A stretch of DNA of 37,778 bases from Sphaeroforma arctica JP610 (lineage: Eukaryota), in contig NW_014039970.1 of assembly GCF_001186125.1 (NCBI RefSeq), positions 1 through 37,778 on the forward strand. The letters run 5' to 3'. A program made the translations under genes and the position numbers. Positions 1 through 12,305 of the stretch are shown piece by piece. A model generated the notes under the pieces. It saw only the letters and a program-made list of their open reading frames with translations. It was not told the DNA's origin and did no database searches. Each line of letters opens with the position of its first letter. The stretch's first letter is position 1.

Positions 1-47
<47 letters not shown>

Positions 48-104
48 ATTTTACTTATATAATTATATATAATTATATTACTATATAGCTATATATATAT
101 ATAT
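1..104. repeat. (GT)n and TA-rich microsatellite in the tryptophan synthase intron
   Basis: Directly visible gtgtgt... and tatata runs. Confidence 0.9.
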
Positions 105-476
105 AATCACGAGCATGTAAAATCGACACGTCGTGTTGCAGTACAGTGCTAAGGCCAACATAAGTACTGAGTACAAATTAAGGCCAGTCAATTCGAAAAT
201 CCATCCAGTTATAGCCGAAATACACGGGCGGTCCAAAATAATTAGGTATATGACAAATGTTTTACATGCAATACAAAATGTTATCTAAGTCCGGTCCATT
301 CAGGCAATAAGAAGCAAGGAACAATACTAGTAAAATTCATTGTAGCGAAAGATAAGTGTTTGGTACGTAATAAGGATGATACGTTGTTAAGTATCAGTAT
401 AGCTTATTATACAGAAAAAAGTAAGCATTTATCATGACATGCATACTCTATTGACGCAAACCAACAACTCACGAAC

Positions 477-686
477 CTGATTCGCAGCCTGGATGGTAGG
501 TCCGTCCGCAATCGGGTCTGTGAATGGTACACCCACTTCGATGATGTCCGCACCAGCTTTCTCAAGTGCTAAAAGTATAGGCACAGTCTGATCTGGGGCC
601 GGGTAGCCAGCGGGGATGTATGGGATAAATGCAGGTCTCTCCTCGCGCTTGGCCTTGGCGAATGCTGATAGTAGTGCCTCAGACAT
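477..686 (-). CDS. TRP5: Tryptophan synthase alpha domain, first coding exon (70 codons); remainder of the gene lies beyond the window start. Probably the fused alpha-beta enzyme (TRP5-like).
   Basis: Translation MSEALL...AFIPYIPAGYP...GADIIEVGVPFTDPIADGPTIQAANQ contains the TrpA signature (E-x-G-x-P-F-x-D-P-x-A-D-G-P-x-I-Q). Exon ends at CAG|GTTCGT donor (477/476). Confidence 0.93.
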
Positions 687-1157
687 GTTTAATGGTCTAT
701 GATATATACCTGGACTTCTGTTATTGTATGCAGCTAGCTAGAATGTTAACGTTAAGGCTGATGCAAATAGATATTTAAAGACAATTGACTGCTGTCTGCT
801 TACAGCATGCACCGAGTATTACTAAGCTAGTGGTACAAATACAAATATATATAAATGTGTCTGCTTGTCCTCTTGCCGTCGTGATCCACGTTTGTACTGT
901 AAACTATATGTAAATAAATAGTGGGAAACATGGAATGGTGCTTTCCGGTGGTCATTGTTTGTTAATTAAATTTGGTGTGCGTGATGTCAGAAATTTTTTA
1001 AAGCAGAGTGCTGTGTCAAGCCTCAGCCTGACTGGACTACCTGTCGTGTAGGTGTGCCTGTTCTTCCGTTGTCCAATCAATCACTAAGAAATGGTGTCAA
1101 AATGACCAATACCACAGCAGGTCACAAGAAGTCATCAGGAGGAATATTATATCACGA

Positions 1158-1239
1158 TGAGTCAATACTTATTTGTTTATTTGTTTTTTATTAAAACAAA
1201 ATACATCCATTATTCATACCACCCCTCACATGTGAGTCA
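1158..1239. promoter_or_regulatory. Two perfect AP-1/GCN4-type TGAGTCA elements upstream of tryptophan synthase
   Basis: TGAGTCA at 1158-1164 and 1233-1239, about 470-550 bp upstream of the ATG; function inferred. Confidence 0.4.
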
Positions 1240-2092
1240 TGACTTATTTATTACCATTCAGGCACTCACTCCAGTGATCCAGTCTATATATAGATACCTA
1301 ATTATTCACATATAAATATTTATGTACTGATATAGAGCCATATTTCTTCATATCACCGGCCATTTTAGAATTTAGTTCTTAGGCCTGGCTCAGTGACTTT
1401 TCAAATAACTACTGACAAGTGACATATGACCCCTATTTACTGTATATATTTAGAGAGAGGGGTCTGTATTTACATAGTCTGTACGTAATTCAACAATATT
1501 TATTTATTACAAAAAAACAAAATCAAAGTACTGCCCAGTATTCCTACGGACTTGTCCGTTCTCCCTAAATTAAAAGGCTCGTTCTTAACGAGGGTTTTAA
1601 TTAAAAAATGAATTTCTATTAAATGGTGTGTCGACCAATTCCTTATATTAAATTGGATTTCAAAACACGATAAAACACAAAGCCCTCGAAAAATGCAATT
1701 AACCTTTAACGTTTGTTAAGGAATCCGAAAACGTACCGTTAAAATACGCTTGTCAATCGTGACATCATTACCGTACAAATTACAATTGGATATTAAAAGC
1801 CCGCCACATTAATAGCTATTTATAAACCGCGCATCTATCTATGTTATTAAATATTTTGTAAATCACAAGTTGAAATGTTATGTTCATATATTTACATCGT
1901 ACGTTGTGCCGGTTGTGTGTGCAACCGCTTAATTGTTTCGGTTGCGTGTTGGTGTAGTGGATTATGTGTTGAAACTCTTGTACACAGTGTTTAAGGCCAG
2001 CATATACATTATGTGCAGTCATACCATCACCTGTGATTGTTCGAAAGACTTCCTATGCGGCAATGTTTGAACTACCAGCCGAATATCAGCTG

Positions 2093-2600
2093 TGTAAGAT
2101 TCGGTCTCTCAAGGCGATATTTACGCCTTAGAGTAAATAAACGCGTAGGTAAATTCTAAGTATCGTGAAAATATCAAAGTAAATAAATGAAATGAGTCTT
2201 TTAGTAAAGTTAGGTATGCCTCGTGAAAACAGCAATACTCTGAGGGATTGTGAAGCTGAGACATTGCCTATATATAATCCTCTCAGTACTATTTCCGCCG
2301 AAAGAATTTTATTTAGTGTTTCGTAGTCGCTCTATTAGAAACTATGGTATGTTTCATTGGGATGAATCCGAGGGACTCATAAAATCCTATCTTTAGAAGA
2401 AAAAAATTTAAAATACTCTTGATGTCCTTAGTTATTGTCTAAACCAATAACTTGCCACTTATTAAGAATTATCGACTTAACCTTCATCAGACTGGCACAT
2501 CTGGTTGTCTGATCGGAGGATAAATTAGACGTTAATAGACCCTAGAAACCTATATTCGGTTGAGCCATCTCGCTACCGAAGTATTCAAATATAAATAAAG
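2093..2600 (+). mobile_element. Degenerate LTR-like remnant (3' boundary uncertain)
   Basis: Starts TGTAAGA. Shares collinear blocks (ctgagacattg ~2255; ggcacatctggttg..gaggat ~2494; ccatctcgc..agtatt ~2565) with the reverse complement of 6060-6568, and partly with LTR 9555-10137. Confidence 0.35.
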
Positions 2601-3064
2601 TTGGAAAGTAAATATAGTTCTATTAATAGAACTAGACTAAATCTTATGTTTGGTATTTACTGGGCCTTTTAATGGCCTTGTCCAAATATGTGATATGTAG
2701 AATGGAAAATTTATTAACTAATAAGACCGTTAAAACCCATTTAGGAAACTTAAGCTCATTGTACTATTAAGAGTACGTTTATATTTTACCTACTACTTCA
2801 GAGTACGTTTATAACAGAGTCCAATGTGGAGACCCGGTTATTAGAATTTTGGTATTTCTTATTGTATTTATGATCTTATTGGCATATGTGACCGTGTATA
2901 TCATCGTACCTATAATAAGTATCCTTTGTTTCGTGTGTTCTTTCGTATATGAGTGGTTTTTATTAAAAGAATTATAATTGTTACCAAGCAACTGTATAAT
3001 ATATCTTTGTATAGTAATAATTGATATTCAATCTAAGTAATTAATGCATCAACCAGTTTGAACC

Positions 3065-3210
3065 AAGTAACACTTAGTAAAGAGTGCTAAATCTGAAATA
3101 AGTGAACTTAGTCAGAAGTGCCATTGTGAATGGCATAATTGATATTCCCAATAGCACATTTGACTGAGTTCACTTATTTCAGATTTGACACTCTTTACTC
3201 AGTGTTACTT
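3065..3210. repeat. ~146-bp imperfect inverted repeat (hairpin; MITE-like or pre-miRNA-like)
   Basis: Left arm aagtaacacttagtaaagagtgctaaatctgaaataagtgaacttagtcagaagtgccattg matches the reverse complement of the right arm (aagtaacactgagtaaagagtgtcaaatctgaaataagtgaactcagtcaaatgtgctattg); ~62-bp arms. Confidence 0.9.
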
Positions 3211-4199
3211 AAGCAGTGTATCTCGTGTGACGCATATCCTAGGTATAAGTTTGTTATACCGTGGAATTATTATCCATGATACCGTAGTAAAATATCTCTG
3301 GTATTCGTTGTTGTTATACACCTTGTGGCCTGAACGACTCCGTTATAATCACTGTACCATGTGTATGCAAATTAATCTAGTATTCTAATCAAATTGAGAT
3401 TTACTGGTCCGAATCTATTAATCTATTTGTTATGTGTATTTCGTCTACAAGCCACTAGTCTGTGTTCATTTGTAATGTATTATAACTTCATACCCGTGTA
3501 TGAAGAACTTCCATGTTAAATCTATCCGTAAATTAATGTATTATTTTTCTTTTGAATGTGATTGTATTCGATTGAATGCGATCTCGATTTTTAACATGTA
3601 TACATGTGACCCTTTGTTGTTTTGTTATGCGTAAGCCCTCTATCTATAACGCGCATGACCTCCTCTAATATGTGTTGAAAGAAATATCCGTGTTTTAACT
3701 GTGTATTATAAGCTGGTTATTGTATATTTACGAGTGTTAACGTTCATTACAAAACGTGTAGCGTATATTATATCACGTAAACTTTTTGTGAAAACGTTTA
3801 TATTTGTTTGGAAAAATTAGGTATATTTCTAGGCCCCATTTTTCTGTAAATATATACGTAAACGCATTAGACAAAAATCGTAAAAGGCATTAGACTAAAA
3901 TTTTAAACGCATTAGACTAAAAGTATAATTTTTATGAAAGTTAATACAGAGTGTTCTTCTTTCGTCCGCCTATGTCGCGGACAGTTACCATTTTACTATA
4001 TAATAACTCTAACAATACTGTACTGTCTTCTTTCTTCTCTTATTCCAGATTTGACCATGTGCGACACCCTTATATGTGACGCTCTCCAATTATGGGTATC
4101 AGCAACAACTCCTTGTCGTGCTCGACCATATCGTAGTATACCATTAAACCTGCTTATTCTGGTCTGCGCTTGTTCTTAATGATTTGAGGTGTTATGTAT

Positions 4200-5130
4200 G
4201 ATGTGCGCGTGGTGTGATGTTCTCATGGACATACTTGAGATGGGCACGCTTTCCGTGACTCCGTCACAGCGCCTTACATGTTCCGCCTGTCACACCAATA
4301 GAGTTACGCATGTTCCGTCTTCTACGTAAAGGTGTCTCGACTGTATCGCCTCCTGCGTAACACGTCGCACATGTTCCGCCTGCTGCGAAATCATGTTGTA
4401 CACATTCCACCGTCTATGTAATAATGCTACCCATGGTATCGTTGAGTATGTAATAATGCTATCCAAACCAACACAGCTCATAGCGACTATGCAACACGCC
4501 TGAGGCTGTGGGTTCCTACCGACACTCAAGTGTTCGCGCAAAGTTCAATGCGGCGTGTCCTCGGGGTTGCTCACCTCTGAATAAGAGTCAACAGGGTGCT
4601 CGCCTTTACTCTCAGCATCTAAATAGTCTTAAGGTCTATTCTGTCGACTGTGATAGTGTCATGTAACACGCTAGTGAGGCTGCGGTTGCTCACCGACTTC
4701 AAAGTGCCTACGCAAAGCTCAATGCACCGTGTCTTCAGGGTTGCTCGCCACTGAGTTAGAGTCAACAGGGTGTTCACCTGTACCCTAAGCATATAGATAT
4801 ACTTGCCACTGACCACCACCGCTCATGTTTAGCGACGTTTGGCGTCGTGTGTCTGTTGTTTTTATGTCTATTATATTAGTGTTGCACGTATACTACTATG
4901 ACACTAGTGTAAGCCCTTATATGCTTATTTGTACTTGTTGTCTTCTTATAGTGTATAATGCATCAAACTACTTATATCATTTCAGTTGTTGTCAAACATG
5001 TATCATGTTTATCTATCGTAATGTATGTAAGCAATGTTCTTCTAATAGTAATCTGTGCAGCTCGTGCATCAGATATGTTCTAATACAGGTGTCTATTCTA
5101 TATATAACAGCTTTTAATACAAGAATATCA
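4200..5130 (-). mobile_element. Putative 3' LTR of Gypsy element 1 (distal boundary not determinable)
   Basis: On the minus strand a purine tract AGAGGAG (5137-5131) directly precedes TG at 5130 (alternative start TGTATT at 5121), ~110 bp after the pol stop. No second copy in the window to fix the end. Confidence 0.4.
4500..4790. repeat. Diverged direct repeat pair (~115 bp units, ~175 bp period), probably inside the 3' LTR of element 1
   Basis: tgaggctg...cgcaaag(t/c)tcaatgc...gggttgctc...agagtcaacagggtg at ~4500-4615 and ~4675-4790. Confidence 0.75.
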
Positions 5131-5658
5131 CTCCTCTAACATCGACTATCGGTTATATAAGTGTGTTGTCATCACCCATGCACGCAGCAAGGACGCAACC
5201 TTGGCCAGATATACCATCGACCCAGGCTGCTCTAACCTTATGCGGGCACGACGTTGGGATCGTCAAAGGCATCGGCTGTCACCCATGTAGGAGATCCTTC
5301 CAACCAGCGTACCAAATATTTCGATTGTTGAGTCGCCTCATTATGACGGTGCAAAATGATGCGCCGAAATGTCAAGCCGCTCTCTCTCCATAGAGATTCA
5401 TTGAGTGGTGGCTCGGTGGCCCAATGTACAAGCCGAATAATCCCCACATTCACGGGTCGGTCTCTGAGATCAGGTGGCTTGCTGCCATCCTTTGCTCGTA
5501 GATGGTAGCTCTGATTTTCCCGACTATGGGTCACGTACGGACCAAGCAGTGGTTTCATGGCTTTGGTCGTCGCTCCCTGAGCGAGTATCATGACGACGTC
5601 CCCCATCTTTAATTCAATCAAATCAAATTTACGCATCTGATCCGTGTAGCCTCTGCCA

Positions 5659-6568
5659 TGACATCAGTATACTTAATCGTTTTCTGATGAAGTTTTGGTA
5701 GTGTGAAATCAGCGGGTTTTTATAGTAGAATCACACGTTAGCGTATATTTAAAAACGTATTAACGTTTAAACGCTATTTCGGCTATAAAACCTGGTATAT
5801 GTTGAAACGCAATTGTAGATATTTGTATCTGTATAACAATCAAATAATCTAATTATAGATATATTGAATTTACAGAAAACAAACAAACAAATAATCTTAT
5901 TTGGATATTTGGAATTAAATACAATTGTATACGACAGAGGCCGGAGACCCTGTTAAAATTGATATGATGGTTTTTCTATCATGATATGTTTTCCATCAAA
6001 ATATTGAGATACAACACTGGGTGAGTCTCAGGTAATATTGACACTTGTTGACACATGTTGTATTACCAAATACTCTCAGCGCGAGATAGCCTACTGAGAA
6101 ATGGGGCATGAAAATGATCCCCTCGAGCCGGCCAACTAGATGTGCCCGTCTATGCCTTCAATGGGATGGAGAGCTAGGTACCGTGTGATGGGGTATAGGT
6201 ACAGACATTTAACTGTCCATCATGGTGTTATTTATTTATTTTTATTTTTTAAGTTGGACTTTATTGGTAATTGTGATTGGAAGGTAATTTCGAGGCATGA
6301 AATGGTGTAGAAGAAAATATCATGCATCCAATGAAATGGAATCTGATCTTAGTTACTGACACCGAATAAATATAGACCGAAGTATTGAGTGATTAGAGCG
6401 GAGCCATAAAGACAATAGTCTCAGTCTTACATCCCCTAATCTTTAGCTCATTACCAAGGGCTGAAGCTAAACTTAAATTACATTGTGCAAATTTACTATG
6501 AAGTCTTACTTTTCTTTTACGTTAACTTATTGAAACCGATAGTCAGCCTGGTTGGTCTGACTTTTACA
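5659..6568 (-). mobile_element. ~0.9-kb AT-rich insertion interrupting the element 1 integrase C-terminus; LTR-like (TGTAAAAG...TGTCA on the minus strand)
   Basis: The integrase ORF stops abruptly at 6564 and resumes at ~5655. Termini TG..CA and blocks shared with other LTR-like sequences; no clean TSD seen. Confidence 0.55.
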
Positions 6569-7519
6569 GCAGGATAGTCTTCTCCAAATTATCCAGCCTC
6601 TTTAACCATACATCATTCGTGGTAGGAGTAAGACCAGGTAAGTCATCAGTCATGTTTTCAAGCGGGACATGTCGTCGACCAAAATAAACGCTAAATGGTG
6701 CTGACTTGTGATGTCGTGATATCCGAAGGTTCTGGTATAACATGGTAAGCGGTAGACGTTCATCCCACAACTCCGGACAACCAACACACAATGCGCGCAC
6801 GCATTTGTGGATTTCCTTATGTCGGCGCTCCGCCGCGCCCAACGTCTGCGGGCGGTATGGTTGAGGCGTCTTGTGTAAAATGCCCAACGCTCGTGTGATG
6901 GATTTGACAATATTATTTACAAATTCGGTGCCCTCGTCACTCTGAATCTTACGAGGAAATCCATGCTCACCAAACACTGACACTATCTCTGCCGCCACTA
7001 TCTTTGCATCCTTCGCAGGTATCGCCCGTAGGATAAAGTAGCCCGACGCCACATCAAGCACATGTAAAATAAATTTGATTCCTTTAATGGATGTGACCGC
7101 CATAGAAATGAGATAGATTTGTATGTGATCCCAGGGGTACCGAGCGGTAATATTTATTAGAGGATGAAAACCCTTCTACATCGTATCGTTGCCCAAGCAT
7201 GTGCGACATAACTTGCGGACTTCTTCTGTGATTTCCATCGTCGCGCATATGTTGTACTGTAACTGCTGGGGCCGGACGTCCCTGTTCATGAAATTTCCAT
7301 GTCAACTGTACCCGACGGTTCGCTTCATCGTGCCCTGGATGATTCATCACTGTAGCACCAGCACATATTTCAGGAATTTGTGCAGCGATCTGTCGCGTTC
7401 GTTTCGCTATCACCGGTTGTGCCCAATCTTCCTGATAACGTGTACTAGCGTCTCCACATTCAGGTACCTCCAAGCCTAAGTCACACCAAAACGATGGATT
7501 GACTTTGTACCCAGATGGA

Positions 7520-7921
7520 GGGCCAATACGTACCACGATAGTATGCTCCCACGGGTATTTACCACAAGCCTGTGAGCCGTGCTTCAAGAATGTGTGAGCC
7601 GTACGTGGGATAAGTAGCGGGTCTGCTTGCATCATCGATAGAAGTAAAAGGAACCGTGGCGCACGTGTGTTCAACGGTAAACATATTGTTGCCGACGCCT
7701 TGTCCTTCAACACCTTACGCAACAAACCCTTAATGTATATGACGCCACGGTGGGTTCATCCATGCGTTGTATTTACTCCAGTCAAACTTAAACGCCCCGC
7801 CATCATTGTCGTACGACCAGTAATGGCGAAGCTGAGCGTTATGACTCGAGGCAAAGGCGTCGACGTCGTTTGGTCCAAAGTGCTTCTGTATCTGGTCAAA
7901 GAAATCTGGAAACAACTTCTA
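7520..7921 (-). pseudogene. Dam-like / DIRS-type DNA N6-adenine methyltransferase domain in element 1 Pol
   Basis: In frame after RNase H (...LPDMWSR...YMSR*KLFPDFFDQIQKHFGPNDVDAFASSHNAQL...AFKFDWSKYNAWMNPPW). After a frameshift it continues LLRKVLKDKASATICLP...PWEHTIVVRIGP. NPPW at 7745-7756. Confidence 0.85.
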
Positions 7922-9554
7922 ACGTGACATATAGAACACCGCGGGGTAGTTGATATCCGCCGTGCCCTCATGAACACGACTCCACATGTCTGGTAACTTG
8001 TTCAGTTCTCCAGGTATATGTGTAATAGTAAAATTGAACTGTGCAATAATATGATGCCATCGCTGCAACATACTATTCATTCAGCTGAGTGTTCATGTAT
8101 ATGAGGGCCTTATGGTCGGTGTGTACAGTAAACTGCTGTCCAATGAGATGATCATGGAAGTGAACCAAAGCATACACAGGTAAGTGCTAATTATTCTTTC
8201 CTCGGGGTTGCATATGTCTGTTGTGCCTTGTTGAGAGTTTTGAGAAGAACATCAGGTGACGTTTGCGTCCGTCAATCAATTGAAACATTGCGCCACCAAT
8301 CCCATAATCGCTTGCATCCGTTTCTAATTCAAGTGGTACACCATCAACAGGAAAATTCAACCTGACTGCCGACACGATAGCCTCCTTCATCTGATCCCAT
8401 GGCAATTGATGTTCTGGGTTCCAACGATCCCTAATGGGCTCCTTAGGTTTAAGTTTAGAAAAGGTTCGGAGTGGAGCTACCTTGTGTGCGAAGTTAGGTA
8501 GATGCTCATGTAGAAAGTTTGCTAATCCTAACGCCGAGGCATTATCCCTTTGACATCGTGGAACTGGCCAGTCAATTAAACGTTGCTGTTTCTCATGATC
8601 CTCGTCAATGCCTTTTACTGATATCGTCTTTCCCAGGACCATCACCTCTCCCACCGCAAAGTGACATTTCTTCTGATTAAGTTTGAAGTTATTCTCCGTC
8701 AGGCGTCGAAGGACCTCTTGAACCGTAGCAATGTGCTCCTCGTAATCGTCCGATGCAATTATTAGATCATCAATATAGCATTGTACGTCTAGTCCTACCA
8801 TCAAATTACTGATTGTGCGTTGAAATTGTGACGTGAGTGTCGTCAAGCCAAAGGGAGCTGACGTAAACGAGTACTGCTGACTGTCCCATGTAAACGAAAA
8901 CATGTGCTGCGAATCGACGTGCACCGGTAACCGATGGTACGCAGCCGATAAGTCCAACGTGGTGTAGTAACGCTTGCCCTTCAAGTTGCTGATGATTTCG
9001 TTGACCTTTGGAAGTGTAAACTGATCGCCCGGGATAAGAGCGTTGATCTGCTGCAGGTCCAAGCACACACGCACCTTAATAAGTTCACCCGACGGTGTGA
9101 ATGATGGTACTGCCAACTAAGGAAGGTTAACAATCGATCCGACGATTGGTGACCAATTCGTGTTCCCATTTGTCTACTTGCTTCAATACATGTGGTTTGT
9201 ATTTGTCAGATACAAAATATCTTGTCTGCCGATGTAGGCCCAGGAGTATATCCCGAGGAATAGGGAGTGACACCTCACTACCCGGGAGTGTGCAGCGAGC
9301 TGCATCCAGAATAGTGTCATTAGCATCCAGGTATTGGTGTAGGCGTACGCGTATATCATCTGGCTCGGACAAGTCTGGGGCCATTCGAAGATTGATCGGC
9401 TCCAGGAGTTCATCCATAACATTACGAATTATCTCTGGAAATGGAGATACTAATCCGGTTAAGCCTAATCTCAACTCACCCATAATATCTATACCCAGTT
9501 TTATATCAATGTTATCCGGTAGGTTCATAAGTTCAAATGTACATCCCTCAGTGG

Positions 9555-10137
9555 TGTAGAAATACGGCCTCCGGTCAGTCTAAAATATCAAGATCAAATG
9601 AGATAACACATTGGTTTTTATTTGTGTTTAAAATAATTTAATACATGTTCTTTTTCCAATATTTCCAAAGTGTTCTAAATTCATTTTGATGGCTCCAGTA
9701 GCCTGAGTATTTGGTATGACTCATTTACTTGGACCTATATGAGACGATTGTAGATGTAGGATACTATAAACTAAATTTTATAATCTCTGAACTACTACTT
9801 ACAGGTTTTGGTCTTCCCGCCAATCTCCAAAATCCAATATGTCTTTGTCTCTTTTTAACTTTTCTTCAGATGGAACTTTATTTATATTAGCTAATGTATT
9901 AACTTGACTTACGTTCTTATGTCCATCTACAAATTAGACATGTGGTCATGAACACTTATTACTTCTAGTAAAAACTATTTCAATAAAAAACAGCTAGAGG
10001 TACGTCCTGTGTGATCGAGGATATTAAGGTTCTTACCAAGGGGCAGTCCCGATCATTCTTACACAAGCTACCACTTAAATTGTATCTTCGTTTATATGAC
10101 ATAGTTTAGAACATAGAAATATCCATCGAAATTTACA
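9555..10137 (+). repeat. 5' LTR of element 2 (583 bp, TGTAGAAA...TTTACA)
   Basis: TG...CA termini; matches the reverse complement of 13075-13600; followed by a leader and gag. Confidence 0.9.
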
Positions 10138-10325
10138 TATTTTTCAGTTAGTTAGTAGTTACCGTAGTGTACTGCTTCTAGACTGTCTAATAATTGCTTA
10201 CTGTACAGCGACAGGACTGTAAGTATTCTATACTACCTCATAGTGGCTAATACTACCCTAAAGTTAGCTACACGCTAGTTACTATATCTAGACTTTATTA
10301 ATTTCCCTATTCTTGAGCTACTGCT

Positions 10326-12305
10326 ATGGCTAAAGAAATTCTAAAGGCAACGGAGCCGCCAGCTCTAAGCCTGCTAAGCCTGTTGAGGTTCCTGAGGTTA
10401 CTGGGGACGCTGGTCCGTCTAGTACTGAGCCTGCCGTTGAAGCTGTAGAGGAAACCGTTTCTAAGCTTGGATTTGAGGAAAACTCTGAGGATGACTCGTC
10501 GGACCCTAAAGCCTTGGAAGTAGAGGTCTCAACTGCCGCGGAAAGACTCGCCAGTGTCCGTGTGTCTCCTATTAGTGCAGCCCAGGGCATCAGCTCGCCA
10601 TTTGACCGCGAAAAGTCAGATATTGGAAAGACTATATCTCCTGAACAAGTGGAGGAATCGTCTCGAGATCGACGGTTTATTACTACTAAAAGTCAGCTCA
10701 ATCTACCTATTAACAAAGATGGCGGCGTTCCCTTTCGTGAAATTTCATTGAATGCCTCGCCACTGAATGCCTCGCCACTGAATGTTGGGGCGGAAGACAA
10801 AAATGTTGGGACGCCATAACTCGACAACGAGTGGTTGGATCTTTTCAATCTCGACGCCATTTGAACCGCAAAGATGAGCTTTTAAAGGCTAGCCGCAGCC
10901 GCAGCTTCTGACCCTTCGACAGTATCCCACGTGGCCGATATTCTTCCTAAACCGAAGAAAAAAATATCCCGAGCCGGGTTTCAAACCTGGGGGTTCAAGC
11001 AGGGTTACTACTGAGCCAGTTATCGCTGGTGGAGTGAGTAAAACTTCAAAATTTAATCTCTATAGCAAGCTACAATCGACCATCCTCACGACAAACCTAA
11101 CCCTGCCAGAGGCTATGATCGTATGGAAATCGATGAGGCTTACCACCCTCATAACATCGATCCTCATTTACCATCTAACCCAGGTAAGCACGACTTTGAT
11201 AATCGTTATACTAGTTTTTCACTAGAGAGTACCCACTCTAGCTCTGAAGACGAGGAAGTGAGAACCAGACAACAACGTCTCAGGCTATTACGTTCTGGTA
11301 TGCAAGTCCTCGAGGACCGTCTGTTGAATGACTCTGACCTTGACGATAAGAAAGAGGATAACATTCGCTATCTAATCGATAACAAGAGAAAAGAGATAGA
11401 CTCCATCTTGGCACTAGCAGCCCGTAGCACTGAGGGTGAGCCTCGTGAACGCTTCGAATCATGCTTTATAAAGCAGCCAGGTAACGCGAAGGCTGAGGTC
11501 GATTTCTCTACTAATGAGAGTACAGTGGAGACACTGGAGGCCTTTGACCAGCTTAAGGAGTCTGCCATCCTTAAGGATAAGCGGATGATGAATGCCTTTA
11601 TTCATTTCTGTGAGTCAGAGGAATGAAAAACTATCTTGAAGGCCCATGAGCCCAACTGGAAAGCTTTACCCTGGCGCCAGTTGCGCGAGAATATACTTAA
11701 CGCCTTCTTTGAAGATGCACGTGACCGTGAACTTCTAGATTCTTGCAAGTCCTTTGCGAACGATACTACTGTTCGAGGTGCTCTAGCCCATATGACACAT
11801 ATAAACACTCGGATGGGAGGTCGTACCTATACTGGCGAATATGTATTAATTTGTCAGATGATGGAGACTCTGGGAGCTAACCTTTTTAAGAAGGTCAATG
11901 ATGATATTATCGCCTATGGTGATTTGCGATCTATGCCTTGGTCTGTCTTTGAGAAGATAGTTCAAAAGCATACCAAGCCATCTACTAGAGTACTTAGTAC
12001 CTCGAGCTTTATCTAGCCCGCTAAGCGTACCGCGATAGAGAACAACATGGCGCGTAGTACTAAGAAACCTCGCACTACTGCTGGAGGTGGTAAAGGCTAT
12101 ACTTCTACTGAACCAAAGGGCGAAAGGAAGGAGAGAGCACCTTGCAAGAAGTGTGGTTACAACCTCACTAATCGTGATGGCTAGCGGAATGGTAAACACG
12201 ACTCTGTTAAGTGTGCACCAGGAAAGCCAAACTTTGGACACTATATGAAAGAGTGTACTACTTGCAAGGGTACTAACGGTTGGCACAAAGATGATTGCAA
12301 GGACA
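10326..12305 (+). pseudogene. Degenerate gag of element 2 (acidic/low-complexity N-terminus, helical core, Cys/His knuckles)
   Basis: ATG at 10326, 190 bp after the LTR. Fragmented ORFs 10514-10819, 11123-11626, 11636-12016. CKKC...H...C and CTTCKGTNGWHKDDC motifs at ~12140-12300. Confidence 0.7.

Larger units (their letters stand above)
5238..9554 (-). mobile_element. Element 1: degenerate Ty3/Gypsy-type pol (protease C-half, RT, RNase H, N6-adenine MTase-like domain, integrase, chromodomain) with stops, frameshifts and an insertion
   Basis: Protease end IKLGID (~9500); RT RVCLDLQQIN, LDLSAAYH, APFGL, YIDD; RNase H LETDASDYGIG, VHTDHKAL, ITHIPGELNKLPD; integrase CxxC, SDEGTEF, GAAERRHK (6564-7200); chromodomain YLVRWLEGSPTWVTADAF (5238-5360). 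Confidence 0.93.

Noticed and set aside
1816..5139. Short ORFs of 60-104 aa
   Set aside because: No motifs or splice support; they lie in AT-rich repeat or LTR-like sequence.
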